Below, in pieces: positions 1 to 12,814 of a stretch of 64,000 bases of DNA. The notes beneath the pieces were generated by a model. It was not told the origin of the DNA. It was given only the letters and a program-made list of their open reading frames with translations, and searched no databases. The position numbers and the translations under genes were made by a program. The stretch's first letter is position 1, and each line of letters begins with the position of its first letter. This DNA is from Eledone cirrhosa (lineage: Eukaryota): positions 14,322,001-14,386,000 of the forward strand of contig OZ024751.1 of assembly GCA_964016885.1 (NCBI GenBank), written 5' to 3'.

Positions 1-3000
1 CTCTCATTCTCACTTCCATTCTCTCATTCTATATCTCTTTCTCACTTCCATTCTCACTTCCATTCTATCATTCTATATCTCTTTCTCACTTCCATTCTCT
101 CATTCTATATCTCTTTCTCACTTCCATTCTCTCATTCTATATCTCTTTCTCACTTCCATTCTCTCATTCTCACTTCCATTCTCTCATTCTATATCTCTTT
201 CTCACTTCCATTCTCTCATTCTCACTTCCATTCTCTCATTCTATATCTCTTTCTCACTTCCATTCTCTCGTTCTCACTTCCATTCTCTCATTCTATATCT
301 CTTTCTCACTTCCATTCTCTCATTCTATATCTCTTTCTCACATCCATTCTCTCATTCTATATCTCTTTCTCACTTCCATTCTCTCATTCTATATCTCTTT
401 CTCACTTCCATTCTCTCATTCTCACTTCCATTCTCTCATTCTATATCTCTTTCTCACTTCCATTCTCTCTTTCTCACTTCCATTCTCTCATTCTCACTTC
501 CATTCTCTCATTCTATATCTCTTTCTCACTTCCATTCTCTCATTCTATATCTCTTTCTCACTTCCATTCTCTCATTCTCACTTCCATTCTCTCATTCTCA
601 CTTCCATTCTCTCATTCTCACTTCCATTCTCTCATTCTCACTTCCATTCTCTCATTCTATATCTCTTTCTCACTTCCATTCTCTCATTCTATATCTCGTT
701 CTCACTTCCATTCTCTCATTCTATATCTCTTTCTCACTTCCATTCTCTCATTCTCACTTCCATTCTCTCATTCTATATCTCTTTCTCACTTCCATTCTCT
801 CATTCTATATCTCTTTCTCACTTCCATTCTCTCATTCTCACTTCCATTCTCTCATTCTATATCTCTTTCTCACTTCCATTCTCTCATTCTATATCTCTTT
901 CTCACTTCCATTCTCTCATTCTCACTTCCATTCTCTCATTCTATATCTCTTTCTCACTTCCATTCTCTCATTCTATATCTCTTTCTCACTTCCATTCTCT
1001 CATTCTATATCTCTTTCTCACTTCCATTCTCTCATTCTATATCTCTTTCTCACTTCCATTCTCTCATTCTCACTTCCATTCTCTCATTCTCACTTCCATT
1101 CTCTCATTCTATATCTCTTTCTCACTTCCATTCTCTCATTCTATATCTCTTTCTCACTTCCATTCTCTCGTTCTCACTTCCATTCTCTCATTCTATATCT
1201 CTTTCTCACTTCCATTCTCTCATTCTATATCTCTTTCTCACATCCATTCTCTCATTCTATATCTCTTTCTCACATCCATTCTCTCATTCTATATCTCTTT
1301 CTCACTTCCATTCTCTCATTCTCACTTCCATTCTCTCATTCTATATCTCTTTCTCACTTCCATTCTCTCATTCTCACTTCCATTCTCTCATTCTATATCT
1401 CTTTCTCACTTCCATTCTCTCATTCTATATCTCGTTCTCACTTCCATTCTCTCATTCTATATCTCTTTCTCACTTCCATTCTCTCATTCTATATCTCGTT
1501 CTCACTTCCATTCTCTCATTCTCACTTCCATTCTCTCATTCTATATCTCTTTCTCACTTCCATTCTCACTTCCATTCTCTCATTCTATATCTCTTACTTC
1601 CATTCTCTCATTCTATATCTCGTTCTCTCATTCTATATCTCTTTCTCACTTCCATTCTCTCATTCTCACTTCCATTCTCTCATTCTCACTTCCATTCTCT
1701 CATTCTATATCTCTTTCTCACTTCCATTCTCTCGTTCTCACTTCCATTCTCTCATTCTATATCTCTTTCTCAATTCCATTCTCTCATTCTATATCTCTTT
1801 CTCACATCCATTCTCTCATTCTATATCTCTTTCTCACTTCCATTCTCTCATTCTCACTTCCATTCTCTCATTCTCACTTCCATTCTCTCATTCTATATCT
1901 CTCATTCTCACTTCCATTCTCTCATTCTCACTTCCATTCTCTCATTCTCACTTCCATTCTCTCATTCTCACTTCCATTCTCACTTCCATTCTCTCATTCT
2001 ATATCTCTTTCTCACTTCCATTCTCTCATTCTCAATCTCTTTCTCACTTCCATTCTCTCATTCTCACTTCTATTCTCTCATTCTATATCTCTTTCTCACT
2101 TCCATTCTCTCATTCTCACTTCCATTCTCTCATTCTATATCTCTTTCTCACTTCCATTCTCTCATTCTATATCTCTTTCTCACTTCCATTCTCTCATTCT
2201 ATATCTCTTTCTCACTTCCATTCTCTCATTCTCACTTCCATTCTCTCATTCTATATCTCGTTCTCACTTCCATTCTCTCATTCTATATCTCTTTCTCACT
2301 TCCATTCTCTCATTCTCACTTCCATTCTCTCATTCTCACTTCCATTCTCTCATTCTATATCTCTTTCTCACTTCCATTCTCTCATTCTATATCTCTTTCT
2401 CACTTCCATTCTCTCATTCTATATCTCTTTCTCACTTCCATTCTCTCATTCTCACTTCCATTCTCTCATTCTATATCTCTTTCTCACTTCCATTCTCTCA
2501 TTCTATATCTCTTTCTCACTTCCATTCTCTCATTCTATATCTCGTTCTCACTTCCATTCTCTCATTCTCACTTCCATTCTCTCATTCTCACTTCCATTCT
2601 CTCATTCTATATCTCATTTCTCACTTCCATTCTCTCATTCTCACTTCCATTCTCTCATTCTATATCTCTTTCTCACTTCCATTCTCTCATTCTATATCTC
2701 TCATTCTCACTTCCATTCTCTCATTCTCACTTCCATTCTCTCATTCTCACTTCCATTCTCTCATTCTATATCTCTTTCTCACTTCCATTCTCTCATTCTA
2801 TATCTCGTTCTCACTTCCATTCTCTCATTCTATATCTCGTTCTCACTTCCATTCTCTCATTCTATATCTCGTTCTCACTTCCATTCTCTCATTCTATATC
2901 TCGTTCTCACTTCCATTCTCTCATTCTATATCTCGTTCTCACTTCCATTCTCTCATTCTATATCTCGTTCTCACTTCCATTCTCTCATTCTATATCTCGT

Positions 3001-6000
3001 TCTCACTTCCATTCTCTCATTCTATATCTCGTTCTCACTTCCATTCTCTCATTCTATATCTCTTTCTCACTTCCATTCTCTCATTCTATATCTCTTTCTC
3101 ACTTCCATTCTCTCATTCTATATCTCTTTCTCACTTCCATTCTCTCATTCTATATCTCTTTCTCACTTCCATTCTCTCATTCTATATCTCTTTCTCACTT
3201 CCATTCTCTCATTCTATATCTCTTTCTCACTTCCATTCTCTCATTCTATATCTCTTTCTCACTTCCATTCTCTCATTCTCACTTCCATTCTCTCATTCTA
3301 TATCTCTTTCTCACTTCCATTCTCTCATTCTATATCTCTTTCTCACTTCCATTCTCTCATTCTCACTTCCATTCTCTCATTCTATATCTCATTTCTCACT
3401 TCCATTCTCTCATTCTCACTTCCATTCTCTCATTCTATATCTCTTTCTCACTTCCATTCTCTCATTCTATATCTCTTTCTCACTTCCATTCTCTCATTCT
3501 CACTTCCATTCTCTCATTCTATATCTCTTTCTCACTTCCATTCTCTCATTCTATATCTCTTTCTCACTTCCATTCTCTCATTCTATATCTCTTGTTCTCA
3601 CTTCCATTCTCTCATTCTATATTTTATTCTCACTTCCATTCTCTCATTCTATATCTCTTTCTCACTTCCATTCTCTCATTCTATTCTCTTGTTCTCACTT
3701 CCATTCTCTCATTCTATATTTTATTCTCACTTCCATTCTCTCATTCTATATCTCGTTCTCACTTCCATTCTCTCATTCTATTCTCTTGTTCTCACTTCCA
3801 TTCTCTCATTCTATATCTCATTCTCACTTCCATTCTCTCATTCTATATCTCATTCTCACATCCATTCTCTCATTCTATATCTCTTTCTCACATCCATTCT
3901 CTCATTCTATATCTCTTTCTCACTTCCATTCTCTTTCTCACTTCCATTCTCTCATTCTATATCTCATTCTCACTTCCATTCTCTCATTCTATATCTCATT
4001 CTCACTTCCATTCTCTCATTCTATATCTCGTTCTCACTTCCATTCTCTCATTCTATATCTCTTTCTCACTTCCATTCTCATTCTCACTTCCATTCTCTCA
4101 TTCTATATCTCATTCTCACTTCCATTCTCTCATTCTATATCTCTTTCTCACTTCCATTCTCTCATTCTATATCTCTTTCTCACTTCCATTCTCTCATTCT
4201 ATATCTCTTTCTCACTTCCATTCTCTCATTCTATATCTCTTTCTCACTTCCATTCTCTCATTCTATATCTCTTTCTCTCATTCTATATCTCTTTCTCACT
4301 TCCATTCTCTCATTCTATATCTCGTTCTCACTTCCATTCTCTCATTCTATATCTCTTTCTCACTTCCATTCTCTCATTCTATATCTCTTTCTCACTTCCA
4401 TTCTCTCATTCTATATCTCTTTCTCACTTCCATTCTCTCATTCTCACTTCCATTCTCTCATTCTATATCTCTTTCTCACTTCCATTCTCTCATTCTCACT
4501 TCCATTCTCTCATTCTATATCTCTTTCTCACTTCCATTCTCTCATTCTCACTTCCATTCTCTCATTCTATATCTCTTTCTCACATCCATTCTCTCATTCT
4601 ATATCTCTTTCTCACTTCCATTCTCTCATTCTATATCTCTTTCTCACTTCCATTCTCTCATTCTATATCTCGTTCTCACTTCCATTCTCTCATTCTATAT
4701 CTCGTTCTCACTTCCATTCTCTCATTCTATATCTCGTTCTCACTTCCATTCTCTCATTCTATATCTCGTTCTCACTTCCATTCTCTCATTCTATATCTCT
4801 TTCTCGCTTCCATTCTCTCATTCTATATCTCTTTCTCACTTCCATTCTCTCATTCTATATCTCTTTCTCACTTCCATTCTCTCTTTATCACTTCCATTCT
4901 CTCATTCTATATCTCGTTCTCACTTCCATTCTCTCATTCTATATCTCTTTCTCACTTCCATTCTCTCATTCTCACTTCCATTCTCTCATTCTATATCTCT
5001 TTCTCACTTCCATTCTCTCATTCTCACTTCCATTCTCTCATTCTATATCTCATTCTCACTTCCATTCTCTCATTCTATATCTCTTTCTCACTTCCATTCT
5101 CTCATTCTATATCTCTTTCTCACTTCCATTCTCTCATTCTCACTTCCATTCTCTCATTCTATATCTCTTTCTCACTTCCATTCTCTCGTTCTCACTTCCA
5201 TTCTCTCATTCTATATCTCTTTCTCACTTCCATTCTCTCATTCTATATCTCTTTCTCACATCCATTCTCTCATTCTATATCTCTTTCTCACTTCCATTCT
5301 CTCATTCTCACTTCCATTCTCTCATTCTATATCTCTTTCTCACTTCCATTCTCTCATTCTCACTTCCATTCTCTCATTCTATATCTCTTTCTCACTTCCA
5401 TTCTCTCATTCTATATCTCGTTCTCACTTCCATTCTCTCATTCTCACTTCCATTCTCTCATTCTATATCTCTTTCTCACTTCCATTCTCTCATTCTCACT
5501 TCCATTCTCTCATTCTATATCTCTTTCTCACTTCCATTCTCTCATTCTATATCTCGTTCTCACTTCCATTCTCTCATTCTCACTTCCATTCTCTCATTCT
5601 ATATCTCTTTCTCACTTCCATTCTCACTTCCATTCTATCATTCTATATCTCTTTCTCACTTCCATTCTCTCATTCTATATCTCTTTCTCACTTCCATTCT
5701 CTCATTCTATATCTCTTTCTCACTTCCATTCTCTCATTCTCACTTCCATTCTCTCATTCTATATCTCTTTCTCACTTCCATTCTCTCATTCTCACTTCCA
5801 TTCTCTCATTCTATATCTCTTTCTCACTTCCATTCTCTCGTTCTCACTTCCATTCTCTCATTCTATATCTCTTTCTCACTTCCATTCTCTCATTCTATAT
5901 CTCTTTCTCACATCCATTCTCTCATTCTATATCTCTTTCTCACTTCCATTCTCTCATTCTATATCTCTTTCTCACTTCCATTCTCTCATTCTCACTTCCA

Positions 6001-9000
6001 TTCTCTCATTCTATATCTCTTTCTCACTTCCATTCTCTCTTTCTCACTTCCATTCTCTCATTCTCACTTCCATTCTCTCATTCTATATCTCTTTCTCACT
6101 TCCATTCTCTCATTCTATATCTCTTTCTCACTTCCATTCTCTCATTCTCACTTCCATTCTCTCATTCTCACTTCCATTCTCTCATTCTCACTTCCATTCT
6201 CTCATTCTATATCTCTTTCTCACTTCCATTCTCTCATTCTATATCTCGTTCTCACTTCCATTCTCTCATTCTCACTTCCATTCTCTCATTCTATATCTCT
6301 TTCTCACTTCCATTCTCTCATTCTCACTTCCATTCTCTCATTCTATATCTCTTTCTCACTTCCATTCTCTCATTCTATATCTCTTTCTCACTTCCATTCT
6401 CTCATTCTCACTTCCATTCTCTCATTCTATATCTCTTTCTCACTTCCATTCTCTCATTCTATATCTCTTTCTCACTTCCATTCTCTCATTCTCACTTCCA
6501 TTCTCTCATTCTATATCTCTTTCTCACTTCCATTCTCTCATTCTATATCTCTTTCTCACTTCCATTCTCTCATTCTATATCTCTTTCTCACTTCCATTCT
6601 CTCATTCTATATCTCTTTCTCACTTCCATTCTCTCATTCTCACTTCCATTCTCTCATTCTCACTTCCATTCTCTCATTCTATATCTCTTTCTCACTTCCA
6701 TTCTCTCATTCTCACTTCCATTCTCTCATTCTATATCTCTTTCTCACTTCCATTCTCTCGTTCTCACTTCCATTCTCTCATTCTATATCTCTTTCTCACT
6801 TCCATTCTCTCATTCTATATCTCTTTCTCACATCCATTCTCTCATTCTATATCTCTTTCTCACATCCATTCTCTCATTCTATATCTCTTTCTCACTTCCA
6901 TTCTCTCATTCTCACTTCCATTCTCTCATTCTATATCTCTTTCTCACTTCCATTCTCTCATTCTCACTTCCATTCTCTCATTCTATATCTCTTTCTCACT
7001 TCCATTCTCTCATTCTATATCTCGTTCTCACTTCCATTCTCTCATTCTATATCTCGTTCTCACTTCCATTCTCTCATTCTCACTTCCATTCTCTCATTCT
7101 ATATCTCTTTCTCACTTCCATTCTCTCATTCTATATCTCGTTCTCACTTCCATTCTCTCATTCTCACTTCCATTCTCTCATTCTATATCTCTTTCTCACT
7201 TCCATTCTCACTTCCATTCTCTCATTCTATATCTCTTACTTCCATTCTCTCATTCTATATCTCGTTCTCTCATTCTATATCTCTTTCTCACTTCCATTCT
7301 CTCATTCTCACTTCCATTCTCTCATTCTCACTTCCATTCTCTCATTCTATATCTCTTTCTCACTTCCATTCTCTCGTTCTCACTTCCATTCTCTCATTCT
7401 ATATCTCTTTCTCAATTCCATTCTCTCATTCTATATCTCTTTCTCACATCCATTCTCTCATTCTATATCTCTTTCTCACTTCCATTCTCTCATTCTCACT
7501 TCCATTCTCTCATTCTCACTTCCATTCTCTCATTCTATATCTCTCATTCTCACTTCCATTCTCTCATTCTCACTTCCATTCTCTCATTCTCACTTCCATT
7601 CTCTCATTCTCACTTCCATTCTCTCATTCTCACTTCCATTCTCTCATTCTATATCTCTTTCTCACTTCCATTCTCTCATTCTCAATCTCTTTCTCACTTC
7701 CATTCTCTCATTCTCACTTCTATTCTCTCATTCTATATCTCTTTCTCACTTCCATTCTCTCATTCTATATCTCTTTCTCACTTCCATTCTCTCATTCTCA
7801 CTTCCATTCTCTCATTCTATATCTCTTTCTCACTTCCATTCTCTCATTCTATATCTCTTTCTCACTTCCATTCTCTCATTCTATATCTCTTTCTCACTTC
7901 CATTCTCTCATTCTCACTTCCATTCTCTCATTCTATATCTCGTTCTCACTTCCATTCTCTCATTCTATATCTCTTTCTCACTTCCATTCTCTCATTCTCA
8001 CTTCCATTCTCTCATTCTATATCTCTTTCTCACTTCCATTCTCTCATTCTATATCTCTTTCTCACTTCCATTCTCTCATTCTATATCTCTTTCTCACTTC
8101 CATTCTCTCATTCTATATCTCTTTCTCACTTCCATTCTCTCATTCTCACTTCCATTCTCTCATTCTATATCTCTCATTCTCACTTCCATTCTCTCATTCT
8201 ATATCTCTTTCTCACTTCCATTCTCTCATTCTATATCTCGTTCTCACTTCCATTCTCTCATTCTCACTTCCATTCTCTCATTCTATATCTCATTTCTCAC
8301 TTCCATTCTCTCATTCTCACTTCCATTCTCTCATTCTATATCTCTTTCTCACTTCCATTCTCTCATTCTATATCTCTTTCTCACTTCCATTCTCTCATTC
8401 TCACTTCCATTCTCTCATTCTATATCTCTTTCTCACTTCCATTCTCTCATTCTATATCTCGTTCTCACTTCCATTCTCTCATTCTATATCTCGTTCTCAC
8501 TTCCATTCTCTCATTCTATATCTCGTTCTCACTTCCATTCTCTCATTCTATATCTCGTTCTCACTTCCATTCTCTCATTCTATATCTCGTTCTCACTTGC
8601 ATTCTCTCATTCTATATCTCTTTCTCACTTCCATTCTCTCATTCTATATCTCTTTCTCACTTCCATTCTCTCATTCTATATCTCTTTCTCACTTCCATTC
8701 TCTCATTCTATATCTCTTTCTCACTTCCATTCTCTCATTCTATATCTCTTTCTCACTTCCATTCTCTCATTCTATATCTCTTTCTCACTTCCATTCTCTC
8801 ATTCTATATCTCATTCTCACTTCCATTCTCTCTTTCTCACTTCGATTCTCTCATTCTATATCTCATTCTCACTTCCATTCTCTCATTCTATATCTCATTC
8901 TCACTTCCATTCTCTCATTCTATATCTCATTCTCACTTCCATTCTCTCTTTCTCACTTCCATTCTCTCGTTCTCACTTCCATTCTCTCTTTCTCACTTCC

Positions 9001-12000
9001 ATTCTCTCGTTCTCACTTCCATTCTCTCATTCTATATCTCTTTCTCACATCCATTCTCTCATTCTATATCTCTTTCTCACATCCATTCTCTCATTCTATA
9101 TCTCTTTCTCACTTCCATTCTCTCATTCTCACTTCCATTCTCTCATTCTATATCTCTTTCTCACTTCCATTCTCTCATTCTATATCTCGTTCTCACTTCC
9201 ATTCTCTCATTCTCACTTCCATTCTCTCATTCTATATCTCTTTCTCACTTCCATTCTCTCATTCTATATCTCGTTCTCACTTCCATTCTCTCATTCTATA
9301 TCTCTTTCTCACTTCCATTCTCACTTCCATTCTCTCATTCTATATCTCTTACTTCCATTCTCTCATTCTATATCTCGTTCTCTCATTCTATATCTCTTTC
9401 TCACTTCCATTCTCTCATTCTCACTTCCATTCTCTCATTCTCACTTCCATTCTCTCATTCTCACTTCCATTCTCTCATTCTATATCTCTTTCTCACTTCC
9501 ATTCTCTCGTTCTCACTTCCATTCTCTCATTCTATATCTCTTTCTCAATTCCATTCTCTCATTCTATATCTCTTTCTCACATCCATTCTCTCATTCTATA
9601 TCTCTTTCTCACTTCCATTCTCTCATTCTCACTTCCATTCTCTCATTCTCACTTCCATTCTCTCATTCTCACTTCCATTCTCTCATTCTCACTTCCATTC
9701 TCTCATTCTCACTTCCATTCTCTCATTCTATATCTCTTTCTCACTTCCATTCTCTCATTCTCAATCTCTTTCTCACTTCCATTCTCTCATTCTCAATCTC
9801 TTTCTCACTTCCATTCTCTCATTCTCACTTCTATTCTCTCATTCTATATCTCTTTCTCACTTCCATTCTCTCATTCTATATCTCTTTCTCACTTCCATTC
9901 TCTCATTCTCACTTCCATTCTCTCATTCTATATCTCTTTCTCACTTCCATTCTCTCATTCTATATCTCTTTCTCACTTCCATTCTCTCATTCTCACTTCC
10001 ATTCTCTCATTCTATATCTCGTTCTCACTTCCATTCTCTCATTCTATATCTCTTTCTCACTTCCATTCTCTCATTCTCACTTCCATTCTCTCATTCTCAC
10101 TTCCATTCTCTCATTCTATATCTCTTTCTCACTTCCATTCTCTCATTCTATATCTCTTTCTCACTTCCATTCTCTCATTCTATATCTCTTTCTCACTTCC
10201 ATTCTCTCATTCTCACTTCCATTCTCTCATTCTATATCTCTTTCTCACTTCCATTCTCTCATTCTATATCTCTTTCTCACTTCCATTCTCTCATTCTATA
10301 TCTCGTTCTCACTTCCATTCTCTCATTCTCACTTCCATTCTCTCATTCTCACTTCCATTCTCTCATTCTATATCTCATTTCTCACTTCCATTCTCTCATT
10401 CTCACTTCCATTCTCTCATTCTATATCTCTTTCTCACTTCCATTCTCTCATTCTATATCTCTTTCTCACTTCCATTCTCTCATTCTATATCTCTTTCTCA
10501 CTTCCATTCTCTCATTCTCACTTCCATTCTCTCATTCTCACTTCCATTCTCTCATTCTCACTTCCATTCTCTCATTCTATATCTCTTTCTCACTTCCATT
10601 CTCTCATTCTATATCTCGTTCTCACTTCCATTCTCTCATTCTATATCTCGTTCTCACTTCCATTCTCTCATTCTATATCTCGTTCTCACTTCCATTCTCT
10701 CATTCTATATCTCGTTCTCACTTCCATTCTCTCATTCTATATCTCGTTCTCACTTCCATTCTCTCATTCTATATCTCGTTCTCACTTCCATTCTCTCATT
10801 CTATATCTCGTTCTCACTTCCATTCTCTCATTCTATATCTCTTTCTCACTTCCATTCTCTCATTCTATATCTCTTTCTCACTTCCATTCTCTCATTCTAT
10901 ATCTCTTTCTCACTTCCATTCTCTCATTCTATATCTCTTTCTAACTTCCATTCTCTCATTCTATATCTCTTTCTCACTTCCATTCTCTCATTCTATATCT
11001 CTTTCTCACTTCCATTCTCTCATTCTATATCTCTTTCTCACTTCCATTCTCTCATTCTATATCTCTTTCTCACTTCCATTCTCTCATTCTATATCTCTTT
11101 CTCACTTCCATTCTCTCATTCTATATCTCATTCTCACTTCCATTCTCTCTTTCTCACTTCCATTCTCTCATTCTATATCTCATTCTCACTTCCATTCTCT
11201 CATTCTATATCTCATTCTCACTTCCATTCTCTCATTCTATATCTCATTCTCACTTCCATTCTCTCTTTCTCACTTCCATTCTCTCATTCTATATCTCATT
11301 CTCACTTCCATTCTCTCATTCTCACTTCCATTCTCTCATTCTATATCTCATTCTCACTTCCATTCTCTCATTCTATATCTCTTTCTCACTTCCATTCTCT
11401 CATTCTATATCTCTTTCTCACTTCCATTCTCTCATTCTATATCTCTTTCTCACTTCCATTCTCTCATTCTCACTTCCATTCTCTCATTCTATATCTCTTT
11501 CTCACTTCCATTCTCTCATTCTATATCTCTTTCTCACTTCCATTCTCTCATTCTCACTTCCATTCTCTCATTCTCACTTCCATTCTCTCATTCTCACTTC
11601 CATTCTCTCATTCTATATCTCTTTCTCACTTCCATTCTCTCATTCTATATCTCTTTCTCACTTCCATTCTCTCATTCTATATCTCATTCTCACTTCCATT
11701 CTCTCTTTCTCACTTCCATTCTCTCATTCTATATCTCATTCTCACTTCCATTCTCTCATTCTCACTTCCATTCTCTCATTCTATATCTCATTCTCACTTC
11801 CATTCTCTCATTCTCACTTCCATTCTCTCATTCTATATCTCTTTCTCACTTCCATTCTCTCATTCTATATCTCTTTCTCACTTCCATTCTCTCATTCTCA
11901 CTTCCATTCTCTCATTCTATATCTCTTTCTCACTTCCATTCTCTCATTCTATATCTCTTTCTCACTTCCATTCTCTTTCTCACTTCCATTCTCTCATTCT

Positions 12001-12120
12001 ATATCTCTTTCTCACTTCCATTCTCTCATTCTATATCTCTTTCTCACTTCCATTCTCTCATTCTATATCTCATTCTCACTTCCATTCTCTCATTCTCACT
12101 TCCATTCTCTCATTCTATAT
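1..12120. repeat. Pyrimidine-rich satellite of interspersed 20-bp (TTCTCACTTCCATTCTCTCA) and 32-bp (20-bp + TTCTATATCTCT) units; continues beyond the left edge
   Basis: Uninterrupted tandem units read directly. The + strand has almost no G, which explains the three stop-free frames. Confidence 0.98.
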
Positions 12121-12265
12121 TCCATTCTCTATCCTTCTCTACAAGAAATCTACTGTAGTCAGACCTGGAGAGATGATGGGCTCCACTAGGCTTTAGAAAA
12201 TGCCCTAGAAACAGCACAAGTCAATATAGGGCTCTTGCAACTCCCTTGGGAGTTACGGGACCATG
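12121..12265 (+). mobile_element. 3' tail of a dispersed SINE-like element continuous with the satellite
   Basis: CTATCCTTCTCT..AAATCTACTGT..TCAGAC...AGTTACGGGACC also occurs at ~27905-28035 (+) and ~35695-35845 (-). Confidence 0.75.
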
Positions 12266-12814
12266 CATATATGCATTAAGGAGAAATTTACTTCTTAGTT
12301 TGAAAATAAATCAATGAACCAAGCAAGGTCCCATAACTGGTACCGCCAGTTGTTGGGGTACCTGTTATGGGGGAAAAACCCTGAATACCCCCACGTAACT
12401 AAAAGTGAACTAGGCGAAAAGCCTATAAATATGAACTGAAGTGAAGTGTCTCAGGAACTGCGTGTATGGAGTCTCATTGTAGTCTCTCGGTAGTTCGAAA
12501 TTACGCCTGGTGAATATCTTGGGTGTTACACTCGTTTCGTACACATTTACAAAACAGGTGTGTCACGCCATTATAACAGTCTCGTTCTAGACATTTAACA
12601 GTGTATCCATCGTTGCATTTCAATGGGCTTTAGAAATACTAGACAGTACCCATCTCTTCATAACTGACCCTAGTTTGGCTATACTTCACTGACGAGGCCC
12701 AGTAAGACAGAAATAAATCCATAACTATCACTTTGTTTGGAAACAAAAATCAGATTTTCTTCTAAGATAGAAAATAAATTTTTTTTTAATATCAATTCTT
12801 CTTAACACATTTAT

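Noticed and set aside
3592-12196. Three overlapping 2450-2835-aa ORFs
   Set aside because: They arise from a nearly G-free satellite that rarely forms stop codons. All three frames give the same repeating peptide and start at non-ATG codons.
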